A DNA stretch of 64,000 bases from Octopus sinensis (taxonomy: Eukaryota). The position numbers and the translations under genes were made by a program. Location: assembly GCF_006345805.1 (NCBI RefSeq), contig NC_043012.1, forward strand, positions 18,042,001 through 18,106,000, in the 5' to 3' direction. Positions 28,153 through 41,410 of the stretch are shown here, piece by piece (the first letter of the stretch is position 1; every line of letters starts with the position of its first letter). Below the pieces are notes generated by a model. That model was not told where the DNA came from and ran no database searches. It worked only from the letters and a program-made list of their open reading frames with translations.

Positions 28153-29495
28153 ATGCCTGCGGAATTTACTGAGTCAGAAAAAGGTCGTAAAACGTTGGTT
28201 GATAATAGACACACAAAAGAATGGGGGGAAATGGTGAACGTATTTATTGGAAGGGTGAAAAAGATCCAAAAACAATATGCTGTGCTCGCATAATTACTGT
28301 AAAAGATGAAATTGTGAAATCTTCCTCCGACCATAATCATATATTGGACGCCGCTGAAATTGCAGCAAAAGAAGCCGTTTCAAAAATACGTCAACTGGCA
28401 AAGTCAACACAAGATGCAACCCGTTCGTATGTATCTAGTGCTCTCGATGATTGCGATCAAGCTGTTGCTTCCAAACTACCAAACATACAAAGGATTAAGA
28501 GAACAATAAGATCTATAAGGTAACAAAACCTTACTGGACCGGCTCTCAACTTGCAGGGAAATAGTTTTCCCACCTGAACGTACGAAATCTTTCAAAAGTA
28601 ATCAATTTCTGCTTTATGACTCAGGACCAGTTGAAGAGCGTACTGTGACATTTGCGACAAGACGTAATTTGCACAACAAATATTTAAACGTAATTTACAG
28701 TGTTTATCACTAAGCAGTCGCCAGTATGTAGATGGCACATTTAAAACAGTCCCTTTGTTATTTCACCAGCTATATACCCTACATGTATTGCAAGAGAAAG
28801 CTTCACTGACACTCGTGTTTGTGTTATTTCCGGACAAAACGGAAGAAACATATATAACGTTTTTGCACACGATAAAGAAACTTGAACCATCATGTGCGCC
28901 ATTGTCAATAAAAAAACGATTTTGAGAAAGCGATGATGAAAGCACTTTTGAAAGAATTTCCTAGCGTAGAACAGAACGGTTGCTTTTTGCCTGTAATTCA
29001 AAGTAATGGTTTAAAAGGAAAATATGAAACAGATCCTAAATTTGCTTTAGTGATGAGGATGCTACCAGCATTAGCTTTTATTCCAGTAAGCACAGTAACA
29101 AGAACATTTCAGCTATTATGTGATGATAACTACGCATTACCCGATGAAGCACAAAGAATGCGCGACGCCCACCTCCCTTCCCACGAAATATGTGGAATGT
29201 GTATTTAAAAGTACTTGGTGATTTTCCCAAAACAAATAACTCTGTCGAAGGATGAGTGGAACATTCGAAAACCAAGTTGGTTCGCATTACACAAACATCT
29301 GAAAATTAATCGGCTTTTTACAAAAAAGAACAAAGTCTAAGCGAGATTCGGTTTAAGCAGTATATTGCTGGAATGGAACCAAAACTTCCAAAGAATCGCT
29401 ATATAAATACTGCAAAAAGAATAGAAAGTCTTATTCAAAATTTTGATCTACATAATATTATTAATTACATTCATGGTATAGCACACAAACTTTAA
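28153..29495 (+). mobile_element. Mutator-like (MULE) transposase pseudogene with FLYWCH-type N-terminus
   Basis: MPAEFTESEKGRKTL..RIYWK..ARIIT..DHNH (FLYWCH-like), YVDGTFKTVPLLFHQLYTLH, NDFEKAMMKAL..NGCF, LPALAFIP, TNNSVEG and a final HGIAHKL*. Repeated agacaa(a)ttg motifs at 29670-29760 resemble MULE subterminal repeats. Confidence 0.88.
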
Positions 29496-29945
29496 TAATA
29501 TTTAATAAGTCCTTTCAGTAAATACTATCTTTTGCTTTTTATGCAATTTGAATTAAAATAATCCTAATGTTTTATAAATAGTTATCAATTACTTATAAAC
29601 CCAAAGAATTATAAATTATGAATAAAAAATACGAATTCATCAAAAAGAAGCAATTTTTACTTTTTAGTCAGATTGTGTTTTAGACAATTTGTTTTAAACT
29701 AATTGCATTTAGATCAACTGTATTTTAGACAAATTGCTTCAGACAATCTTGCTTAGACTCGTTCGGAAGATTAGGCTGAAAATCACTTGAAACGCTCATG
29801 TTCTTTGGACAGGAATGCAACTCCTTAAAAATATAATTACGAAAATGAAATGTAAAGTAAATGATTAACTTGGACATTCGGACACATTCTCTTTACACAA
29901 TCACCTGCACAAACATGCTCACAATCACACACACTCACACTCATA

Positions 29946-29986
<41 letters not shown>

Positions 29987-29989
<3 letters not shown>

Positions 29990-30400
29990 TCTTTACTCTC
30001 TTTTACTTGTTTCAGTCATTTGACTGCGGCCATGCTGGAGCATCGCCTTTTAACCGAGCAACTTGACCCCGGGACTTATTCTTTTGTAAGCCCAGTACTT
30101 ATTCTATCGGTCACTTTAGCCGAACGGCTAAGTGACGTGGACAAAAACACACCAGCATCGGTTGTCAAGCAATGCTAGGGGGGGACAAACACAGACACAC
30201 AAACATATACACACACATACACACATATATATATATATACACATATACGACAGGCTTCTTTCAGTTTCCGTCTACCAAATCCACTCACAAGGCATTGGTC
30301 GGCCCGGGGCTATATCAGAAGACACTTGCCCAAGATGCCACGCAGTGGGACTGAACCCGGAACCATGTGGTCGGTAAACAAGCTACTTACCACACAGCCA

Positions 30401-30404
<4 letters not shown>
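29987..30404 (-). mobile_element. tRNA-derived SINE with internal CA/TA tract
   Basis: Near-identical organisation to 42746-43170. Head gagtggctgtgtggtaag..ggttcagtcccactg and tail gcatggccgcagtcaaatgactgaaac. Confidence 0.9.
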
Positions 30405-30454
<50 letters not shown>

Positions 30455-30455
30455 G

Positions 30456-31612
30456 TGCATAGGCATGACAGAAGTAAATAGACAGCCTATAATAATCCTT
30501 AGACTTTATTTAAATCTGAAATTATACATTCAAATTATATGATAATTGCTACAATGTGAATAGTTAATCTCTAGTAGACAAGCCCTTTGCATTTTTCAAT
30601 GTAAGGACCTTATTAGCCATGATATTTATCAGATGAGGAATATTCTCTTATGAAATTTCTTGAAAGTATTCATGAAGTAATCTAAAATGTAAAAGTAATC
30701 TAAAATGTTCTGATCTGGAGATGTTTCCATCTCTTTATGATGTGTCTTTTCTATTAAGTCCCATTGGCGTTCAATAGGGTTCATATTAGGTGACGGCTTT
30801 GGCCATAGAAGCCCTTTAATCTAAGGTCATTTTAGCCATGTGACAAGGAGCCCCATCTTCCATAAATAGTCTTCTTCAATCAATTCACTCCTGGGTAAGA
30901 TTGGAAGGATTGCTTTCTGCGATATGGATACATATTTATCTGCGTTTAGGTGTCCCTCATACTCGACCAGCGCTGATCTGTCTTTGCTCCAAATTGTTCC
31001 CCAGACCATCACAGAATAGCTGCTCTTTCCCCAATCTTTTCACATCAACTTCTTGATCACATAATCTCCAGACCCATACTCGACCACTGTCGGGTAATAC
31101 AGCAAATTTCGACAGTGTCACAAATGGGTAGTGGCCTCTCCACCATCTCACTAGCCCAACCTTTTCTCCGCTTGATGTTAGCTGGCTGAAGAAGTGGCTT
31201 CCTTCTTACTGATCTCTCATTGTAAGCAAGTTTGTGGAGATACCTGAAAGCTTTTCTGGGACTGGCATCGACCTGTTCTGCCATGTCAGATGCCTTGCAA
31301 CGAGGATCAGCCTTCACAATTCTCTTCAGAGAGCCCTGGTTAATCTGAGCGAGGTGATTTGGACTCCTTCCCCTCTCTGGTGAATTGTGCAATCACTCAC
31401 TTAACTGTAGGTTTTATGCGATTTTATTCTGTCCAACTTGAGAATGACCCACAATACAGCCTCTGAAATCCAGGCAGTTCCAAGACTTCTCTTGCAGATG
31501 GCATGATTAAACAGTCACATTTAGAACCTAAAACATAAAAATGTCAATTAATAAAAAGTTAGAGCTAGAATAAACATAAAGCGATGTTTCATGTGGTGTC
31601 TGTATACTCCTA

Positions 31613-31614
<2 letters not shown>
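30456..31614 (-). mobile_element. Tc1-like transposon relic
   Basis: PERGRSPNHL..LKRIVKADPRCKASD..RRKPLLQPANIKRRKGWA (HTH and linker) and MVWGTIWSKDRSALVEYEGHLNADKYV (DDE region). Weak terminal similarity catagg..agtatacagacacc at both ends. Confidence 0.85.
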
Positions 31615-31645
<31 letters not shown>

Positions 31646-32565
31646 AATAAAACAAGCCCGTATGATTCAATCATGTAATGAGAAAAAAATTGGCAAAACT
31701 CAAATCAAAGACAGCACAAAGCTGTTATAATATACTTGAAGCCAAGGTTCAAAGCCGTCACAAAATATTAGTCTTCAAAGCACAGAGCGTTACAAAATGT
31801 CGATGAAAACAAAAAGGAGCGGGAAGGCTCACTCTTTTTCACTTCTTGTTTTACTGTGTTTACGTTGGTTGCAATAGTAAGCCCAATAGAGTAATAGAGT
31901 GACAGTGAGGAAGGAGGAATACAGAGTGATACTCTCGCGCTGTCTGTCACTTTGGCAGCAGGGGAGAAAGATAGAATGACAATTATTTTTCTAAGGCGAG
32001 CTAGTGAAAGTTGTATCATAGTCATCTCTAGTCGTCTCATTTCACCAACTAATTACTCTTATGGGATTTTAGTATTTATGATTATCCAGAGCAACCAGAA
32101 AGAGGGACATATTGTTGAGAACAGTAGGTGTGTTCGATGTAAGTCGCTCTATCTAATTTCAGACTATGGTCGTCAAAATGGTTAAGTGGAAAATACATAA
32201 ATCGACTTGGGAAGGCCGTGTGTTGAATGAAACTGGTGTCAACCATTATCCCTCTGTAAGGAAATGCAGCTATAAATTAAAAGGGAGTTTTATAGATTCA
32301 GGTTCTAATCTGTATGCCTAAATAAACCTACCCGTAATACTCTCATCCCCTAAAGGAAAAAAAGTTTCATAAGTCGGTGTGTAGCCATTGGTGTAGGGTG
32401 ATGTTGTCTCCTATGCAAAATGGGTTTCTTCGAAAGAATGTTTATGAAGAAACACATGCATTTTCCCATTTTTCTATTTCTATAACTCTACATCAGCCAA
32501 ATTCCAAAATATCAATGATCAGAAGTATTCCAGTCATGGCCATTCTGTCTTTTTTCTTATATAGA

Positions 32566-32746
32566 CGCAGGGGTGGCTGTGTGGTAAGTATCTTGTTTAC
32601 CAATCACATGGTTCCGGGTTCAGTCCCATTTTGTGCTACCTTCGGAAAGTGTCTTCTACTATAGACTCGAGTTGACCACAGCCTTGTGAGCGGATTTGGT
32701 AGACGGAAGCTGAAAGAAGTCCATCGTGTATATATATATATGTATG

Positions 32747-32815
<69 letters not shown>

Positions 32816-33000
32816 ATCTGTGTTTGTCACCCCAAAATCGCTTCACAGCCGATGCGGGTTTGTTTACGTCCCCGCTAAGTGACGGGGACGTAAACAAGCA
32901 TTAGTCTTGCAAAGAATAAGTCCTGGGGTTGATTTGCTCGACTAAAGGCGGTGCTCCAGCATGGCCGCAGTCAAATGACTGAAACAAATAAAAAAAAGAA
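32566..33000 (+). mobile_element. tRNA-derived SINE (family of 29987 and 42746)
   Basis: Head gtggctgtgtggtaag..ggttcagtccca, internal TA/TG tract, tail gctccagcatggccgcagtcaaatgactgaaac. Confidence 0.88.
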
Positions 33001-33019
33001 TAGGCTACGTTCGAGAAAT

Positions 33020-33580
33020 ATGTCCTTAATTCCTGAGGGTGCAATTGTGAGATTTGAAGGAAAATGGCTGCCATTTGTAAAATATGACACTGGTAACTTC
33101 AGTGAATCACTCATTCGAAATATATCTATGAAGCCAAATGTGAGAACGGTAGCTTGGAATTTGATGTTGGTTCTTTATTAACAGGTAGCAATATTTCTTT
33201 TATGTCTTGGGTAAATTTAGCGGTTAAAATCGAATGATCTGCTTAAAAGTTTTGAGAAGAGTAAAGTTCTAATACACTACACTAACTTTCAGAAACTGTG
33301 TTTCCAGAGCTTACACTGTCTTCACTCAGTAGAGCATCAATTGCTTCATTTAGCTAATATCTTGGATGGTGCATTCGCGGAGAAATTTCCAAGTTTTAAT
33401 GCCTTTACAGGATTTATTGTATGTACGAGTATTATCTCTTTTCGAAATTTATCGATCATTCTCTCTCCGTTATTTTGGCAGATATAATCTTTAGCAATGC
33501 TTGTCTTATGTTCTATTTAAAGTTAATATAGGACATTGCCAGGATAAACGTAACCCTCCGGCGAATAAAGATGTCAAACA
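33020..33580 (-). mobile_element. Possible L1/Tx1-like RT relic
   Basis: Weak minus-strand similarity only (SKILAK, FGFIDIF, NGSHF) in the expected RT order. Confidence 0.3.
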
Positions 33581-34266
33581 AACTATTTTACTGCATCCAA
33601 AGATGTCAGTTACATGCGAGAGTTAATCTCCATATATATTTCTACTGGTCGTCGTCGTCGTCGTTAAGTAAAGAGACATATGAATCAAGGAAACATAATA
33701 TACACACAGCAGATTGACTCTAGTAGCTATGCCTTGGCTGTAACATGTACTGTGACAAACCAAAAGATCAAGAACGACATCAGTGAATGTAACTAACCGA
33801 AACATGTAATACATTGAGGTGAATAACTTGTATTAAATGCGTTTATCAGTATCATTTTCGAACGAAATAATAAAATTGTGTTCATCACACGTGATTGCAT
33901 CGTGAATTGACTGTTTTCACTTTGCTGAAGTTATTAAAGCAATTGGTAGCCAATCAGCTATAAACACTACTAGAGAGTGGTGGTTATAAGGGAAGACAAG
34001 AAGCAATGAAAATAAGTCCAATAATATCATCCAAATTATTTTCTTCAGTAATAAAGTCGGATAGAAGTACACTTTACCTTTAAAGCTAAATTGTGAATGC
34101 AATATATGTGTCCCAGTTTTACAGCAAAGCGTATTCTACTCAACTGGCATTAAGAAAAGAACCAATTGGGAAGGACTACGTGTAACATGAATAATAGGTT
34201 TTCCTGAATTAAAGTATCTGAGGAATTGTCTTGCATATTGAATATATATATGTGTATATATATATA

Positions 34267-34326
<60 letters not shown>

Positions 34327-35529
34327 GGTTAAGATCCGACACGTAATATAGTGTGCTTAAAAACTTCGTTTATTCAAAGACTTTCAAGTAACTCTGTACT
34401 GTTTGTTCCAAAATCTGATGAACAGAAAATTGTTGGACGCTCCGAAACATAACAATGTACCTTCTTATACAATCGACAAATTAATGTCATTTGGTAAAAG
34501 TCCAAAAATATTGTGGCCTATCGTAAACGATGGAACTGTTTTGTTATCGAATGTAAAGAGACAATAGGTGGGAATTAAATGTTAAATAAACAATACTCTC
34601 GTGTGGTGTGTACTTGGCAGCAATAACAAAGAACTATCGGAAATATCTATACACAATTAACGCTGGCGGTGGTCTGAATCAATACAACACACGTATAAAG
34701 TTTATGCAATATGTAATTATATTCGTTAAGAGTAATCAAATAAGTACTTGTAGCGATATGAACAACGAGGCTGATGGGAAATACCTCAGAGGAACTTCCT
34801 GCATGATATATGTACAATAGTCTTATATGGGTAATGAGTGGGGAAATGATTAAGAAACTTTCGATTTTAAAATTGTTTTAGAAGTCTTTTCATCAAAGGC
34901 CGTGTGTTGAAACTAATCTTGTTTATTTTGGATAAACCTTTATTGATATATTTTATAAGCAGACCAATTGTTGCTTGCCAATATTTCAAGGTGTTCTCGA
35001 AAAAGGCAAAATATGTTATTGGTGATTGTTTCCTTTTAAAAAAAATCGAATGAATAGCAGGGGAAAATGCGTTGAGTCTGTTTATGTTGTAGTAACTCAA
35101 AACAACAATCAAGCGAGACAATTAGTTATATCATCTAATCTTTGGAAAATATTTGCAATGGTGTTAAGAGAAGAGATTCACTAAAGTGAAGAAAAGAACT
35201 TAAAGTCACAGATGTCTATTCTTTTTATAGATTAACGAACGATATTCACGTTGTCTATTTTCTAATTGTTCATATTCAGTTTTAGTGCGACACGTCTCCT
35301 GTATTTCTGTATATGCTGACTACGTCTAAGTCTTACTATCGTGGGTGATTATATTTTAAATAATTTTTCAAATCATTGCTTTGCGAATGCCATTGTAGTT
35401 ATTTCATTTTCCAACTGTTTTCAAATTTTAATACCAATTAAAAGATGCTTTTTTATTGCAAAATATAATATACATCAGGACGCAACGATTTCCAATCGCC
35501 TGAAAATAGGTATTCTGACCCTTGGAACT

Positions 35530-36300
35530 AGGGTTCCAATTACAATCAATAAAACGATCTTTAATAAGGCCGTCCCCCACTGCAATAACGCGTATGCAAG
35601 GAATGGATTTTCCGGAAAATTTAGCTTATAAGGAGGAATCCCAATCCCAACCCCAATCTCACAAGACGAGAAGGGCCTGAAACAGAAAAATAATCTGGTT
35701 CAAACCTCCATGTAATTTAAAGGCTTCTACCAACGTGCCATGCTGCTTCCTGTCGTTGATCAAGCAGCATTTCCATAGTGACCACAAGTACTATGAGCGC
35801 TTCACGTCACATTACATCAAAACGTGCTTCTTCGAAAATATCGCTTCCGAATCTGCACGCTACAACAGACACAAGCAATCGATTGCACGACCAAATCCCA
35901 GCGTTTAATTCGAGACATTTTACCAGTTACACTCTGGGAGGAACCGGCTTCTCAAGGGTTGTAGTCTATAGATCCACCATCACACAACACGATGGTAACT
36001 GGAAACACTACAGGGGCATGCCGGTCAATGATTTCAAGTGATTGTACTAACACCACATGCCTTCCTTTAAATGGAAAGATAGAGAGTGTTCCACATTTTT
36101 TCTGCTTCATCTGGTAATTACGCAACCTCCGTTATTACTCTCCGAACATAGAATGTATCATAAGTAACAGGACCCCACCTTACTCACCTGTAAGTGCCAG
36201 CCCTGCCTCCGTGAAGAACAGCATGATTACCACCAACTTGTATCTATCATTAGAAAATACGAACTGCCTTATTTCTATTACCAGTGGTACGCCCTCCTAG
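35530..36300 (+). mobile_element. Penelope-like element fragment (RT thumb, linker, GIY-YIG endonuclease)
   Basis: IFNKAVPHCNNAYARNGFS, then NRKIIWFKPPCNLKASTNVPCCFLSLIKQHFHSDHKYY (IIWFNPP motif), then VVYRSTITQHDGNWKHYRGMPVNDFK (decayed GIY-YIG). Confidence 0.85.
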
Positions 36301-38661
36301 GGAACTTCAAAAGCCTGGAACCGATAGTGCAGATATAATACCTTAACACTGGCTGCAACAGTACACTGGCTGCCCCATATCAAAGGTTAGGGCACCAGTA
36401 ATTGTGCATAAGATGGCCCTCAAGTCTTCCATTCGCGATCGCCTTCATGCATGTAGATATGTGCACGTACACACACAGACATATATGTATGCAGGCTTTT
36501 CCTCTCTTTCTCCTCTAACACGACCAAACTTCAATCTTGCGACAGGTCCGTCCTTCCCCATCAACATTGCTCACGCTCACACAAATGTCAGAAGCACACA
36601 TACACGCATACACGCATACACACCAGATGTAAACATAGGCAACTCTCACACCTGGTAGTCATGATAACCACGCAAACATTGATACGCAAGTATAAATACA
36701 GAATTGTACACAGTCTGACTAAAGATCCATACACACGTACACCCATATATGCATCTCAAACAGTAGTTAACGCGCGTGTACAGCAGACACTAGCACACAT
36801 ATATTCGTCCCCACTTACACACTCTATTGATACAATATTAGCTGATACATACGCATACCGGTATGTTGACACATCTTAGCAAACAAATACATACGCACTA
36901 ATGAGCAACAGCGCTAACACGCCAACCTTCACGCAAGTGCATCACACGTGAACACCACACATAGCAGATACTCGTATATATGCACCAGGCGTGCAGATCC
37001 ATGCGTCCGTACAACTGGCATATATACACATAGACCGTCGCTGGCTATGGATCCGATGTCGGTCAAGTCTCTTCGAAGGCATTGAGACATTACCAGCTAC
37101 TTGTCCAAGCAGAAGGTACAAGAAATTCAGATTCGGATCTATTTCTCTGTGTTTTTGATGAATCTGATGTTGCTGGAATTTCAGTTTCGCTTCTAATATC
37201 ACCATGTGACCCCCCTTGACCAATAGTAGTCAGGTTTCGCGCAGCCATCTCAGATTTCCTGCACCTCAGCATTCAGTCACCTGTGCGCGACCAGCTAGGT
37301 TTCTGTCAAGTACAACTCTCTATAATCGAATCTTGAGTGAAGCATATAGTCATGTTTACTTTCGAAGCTCAGGTACTGTCACTCATGCGTATTCTGCAAC
37401 TTTTTATTAATGAAAGCCTGAAATGTATTCGATGATCCCATACTGAAAACGACAAACATGCTCAAAATAAAATCAATGTTATAAGATTACCAGGTGTAAC
37501 AGAAGAAAGCGTAGAAGCAGCACATTATTCGAAACCGATTATAATAATTTTGTCAATCAACTTTGTGTATATCGTCTTCACGAACTGCTTCTCAGCGTCA
37601 GTAGTATATGTATCAGTCACTTTCAGAAATACATCTAATCAGCAACATACCTTTAGAATGTGAGATGTCCCACAACTATTCCTCAATGTTCAATATCTGA
37701 TCTTTAATCCTAAGAAATGTAAAGTACATAGGTCAATATTCTATAGTATTTTGTTGAGTGTCTCATGTTTCTATCTTCAAAACAACTACTAGTATCAAAT
37801 TTTCCTTTCATTCGTACGATGAAACATAATAGTTAGCAGGTAATTCGATTTATTATACCATGTCCCTTAGATACAAAGTACTACTGGGTTCATCAAAGGC
37901 CGTATCAAATTTTAGCATATTTTCGATCTGATGTAGCAGTTGAACTACTTTCAAACTCTATTTTCAAGCTTGTATCCGGAAACAAAAAATCCCATTAAAA
38001 AGCATACCAAATGAATAATCTTTAAAGCTATAAATCATATCATTACGAAAAAAAAAAACTAGTTTCGTTTCATCAGCCATTTCGATAGATTTTGATGCAA
38101 TTTCTAAGGATTTTCGAAAAGTGAGAAATAATGCATTTCATATATCTTCCAGTCAGTCGGATGCCTATACTAGAAGTGAATCGAAATATAACCATTTGAG
38201 AAGATATAGGCTAGCTGATAGCGATTTGTAGGATATAGAACCTGCAGTCAAAAATCAATATACTGTATTTTACCAGAGATAAGATGTTAGAGTTTTGCCA
38301 AATCTTTCGCTACAAACATGTTAGATGCATAAGTAATTTATAGAATTAGAACGAATGTATCGGGATGGATAATAATGATGAATTTGATAATCATTAAGTA
38401 TAGAAATAAATAATAAAAAACACAACAACAATATCAACAACAAAAAGAATATTAGAAATAATAATGATGATGATAATAATAATCCTATTATTTTTTTAAA
38501 ATAGTACTTATTTGTCATTTATTTAGTTTGAAAATTATATTACTCTCTACACTTCCATTACGATTTACTCTTGCTATCCATGTTGCTGTGTTGTCTTAAG
38601 TCAGCCCGGATCGAGTATGTCTAGGAACAAAGGCTACTCACACATGATCATTCTGTATTAC

Positions 38662-38895
38662 CTATTTCTTTACTACCCACAAGGGGCTAAACACAGAGAG
38701 GACAAACAAGGACAGACAAACGGATTAAGTCGATTACATCGACCCCAGTGCGTAACTGGTACTTAATTTATCGACCCCGAAAGGATGAAAGGCAAAGTTG
38801 ACCTCGGCGGAATTTGAACTCAAAACGTAGCGGCAGACGAAATGCCGCTAAGCATTTCGCCCAGTGTGCTAACATTTCTGCCAGCTAGCCGCCTT
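38662..38895 (-). mobile_element. tRNA-derived SINE (full head plus tail), flanked by a long direct duplication
   Basis: The minus strand reads aaggcggctagctggcagaaatgttagc (A box), gagttcaaattcc (B box), then a central gcctttcatcctttcggggtcgataaa block. It is the same family as the 46240-47260 array. Confidence 0.9.
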
Positions 38896-39871
38896 AAAAT
38901 AGTACTTATTTGTCATTTATTTAGTTTGAAAATTCTATTACCCTCTACACTTCCATTACGATTTACTCTGCTGTGTTGTCTTAAGTCAGCCCTGATCGAG
39001 CATGTCTGTATTACCGTATGTCCGAGACCGAATTATTTACTGTGTCCTTCGTTTGTCCAAGATGCCAAAATGTAAATTTAAGGATATTGTATCGCTATGT
39101 TTATGTGACATATATCTACGTCGAGGCTTCTTCTTTAACACATTTTCATTTTAGTCACCTAGAGTAAAAACGAGCCGTTGTTGTTTCTGGGTCGATAAAT
39201 AGCCAGGTAAAGCATCAAGCCGCGATGTAATAAAAACATATATACTTTTCATGTTTGTGTGATCTTTGCTTTCACACAATTTTTAGTATCTTTAAAAGTT
39301 GATTCGTAGAACCATATTATTCCTATCACACAAATCCGAGAGACGTGCTACCTGTCACGTGTATTAGATAAAAGTTGATTTAATGCGAAAACATCCTGCT
39401 GTGTTCAGGTTCATCCGCTGACGTTCGGAATAAAACTTTAACCGAGACTTATTCTAACTTATTTTTCTTTAAACTTCTGTGATTTTATGAAGTGGTTCAT
39501 GGACCCATGTCTTTGTGATATACGTTGCAGAGAGACGAGACTCCATTCGTGTGGACGAGATGTTAAATATACATATGGGTGTTTTATACCAATAAGTCGA
39601 GCTGCTTTTCAAGAATACGGTTTAAAATTACTGTGACTGTCGCAAATGCACCACACCTCATTTAGGAACAGTTTTCTTTAGTTCGTTTCACTTGAAATCT
39701 TTGGTGATGTTGTATTTATTAGATAGGTAGCGAAGAAAGTTTTGGGTCTGAAGAAGCCAGGTTCTGTTATGCATTTTCGACCATAATAAAATCCACCAGG
39801 AGAAATTATCAGTGAATATGTAGGTTAGTATCTCTAGCGACCTTGACATTATAGTTACACGTTATTCATGC

Positions 39872-40106
39872 TTAACACATTAAGACCCACTGTCCTATAA
39901 ATAGGACACTAAATGAGAACAATGAATAAGCTATATCACATTGTCTGAGTGTCCTATTTATAGGACACCGAGTAATTCCATTTCTACTTGAAGTAAAGGA
40001 GTTTTAATAATCATTTTCTTTTTCCGTTTTAACCTATTTTCAATCATCTCTAAAACTTTAAAAGTAATATTCAGAAATTTAAGTACTCTGAGACTTAATG
40101 TGTGAA
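39872..40106. mobile_element. piggyBac-like MITE candidate
   Basis: TTAA-cacattaagaccca at left and tgagacttaatgtg-TGAA at right (12 of 14 TIR match). Internal perfect 20-bp inverted repeat at 39891-39910 and 39948-39967. Confidence 0.5.
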
Positions 40107-40739
40107 GACTGAGGCGATACTTTTATTTGTAACAATGGGATCTCCTTCATATTGTTGAGACAAAAGACATTGTCAGAACTGAATTTTGAGGATAAAAATA
40201 ATTTCCTTGCGGAAGTGCAAAATCTAAAGTCTCGGTTAGCACATAACTTACAAATGTGATATTTCCTAGCAGTAGCGACAAGACAGATTAAGTATCGTGA
40301 GTTGCAGAAAAAAAATTAAAAATAAGAAAGAAAGACAATGGCAAGATAGAAGGAAAAATCACTGGGAATGCTGGGGGTTTTGAAAGAAGATATAAAATTT
40401 AGGAGACGGGAAGACAACAAGGAGAAAATTAATAATTTGCTTAAAAGTTATTATAAGGCTTCTGTCTTGATGTTGCTTTAAAAGTACATGAATAACGCAA
40501 TTTCAATGATGTATAGGTTTTTTTGAAATTAGAGTACATTGTTGAGGTAATCCCTGCGGTAGTAGAGGTAATATTGAGCCGCATAAGAATCTTGTGATTG
40601 CATATGATTTAGAAGTCTGTGTTGAAATATATATATATAAAACATTCGTCATTGTTATTTGCGGTGTATATGAGATTCTTCAATCCTTTCTCGAATCAAA
40701 AGCAAACTTGGAGCTTAGAAATGAGGAATTGTTGTTTTG

Positions 40740-41410
40740 AGAGAGAGAGAGGTGGGAGGAGGAGGAGGGGAAGAAGAAGAAGAAGAAGAAGAAGAAGAAG
40801 AAGAGACGAAGAAGGAGAAGAAGAAGAAGAGACGAAGAAGGAGAAGAAGAAGAAGAGACGAAGAAGGAGAAGAAGAAGAAGAGACGAAGAAGGAGAAGAA
40901 GAAGAAGAGACGAAGAAGGAGAAGAACAAGAAGAGACGAAGAAGGAGAAGAAGAAAAAGAACGAAAAAGGAGAAGAAGAAAAGAAGAAAAAAGAAAAAGA
41001 AGAAGGAGAGAAGAAAAGATAAAAATAAATAAAAGAAAAGAAGAAGAAAGAATGAGATAAGAAGACAAAGAAGAAGAAGAAAAGAAAAAAGAAGAAGAAA
41101 AAGAATGAGAAGAAGAAGACAAAGAAGTAAGAAGAAGAAGAAAAAGAAGAAGACAAGAGAAGAAAAGAAAAAGAAAAAGAAGAAAAAGAAGAAAAAGAAG
41201 AAGAGGAGGAAGTAGAAGAAAAAGAAGAAAAGAAAAAAGAAGAAAAAGGAAGAAGAAGAGAAGAAGACAGAAGAAGACGACAAGAAGAAGAAAAGAAGAA
41301 GAAGAAGACAAAGAAGAAGAAGATAAAGAAGAAGAAGAAGAAGACAAAGAAGAAGAAGAAAAAGAAGAAAAAAGAAGAAAAAGAAGAAGAAGAAGAAGAA
41401 GAAGAAGACA
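40740..41410. repeat. Polypurine (GAA)n tract containing a 26-bp minisatellite (6 copies, 40805-40960)
   Basis: The unit gacgaagaaggagaagaagaagaaga recurs at 40805, 40831, 40857, 40883, 40909 and 40935. Confidence 0.95.

Noticed and set aside
38055-38080. Minus-strand CUGAUGA-aac-GAAACUAGUU
   Set aside because: Stem II is absent and stem I does not pair, so it cannot be told apart from chance.
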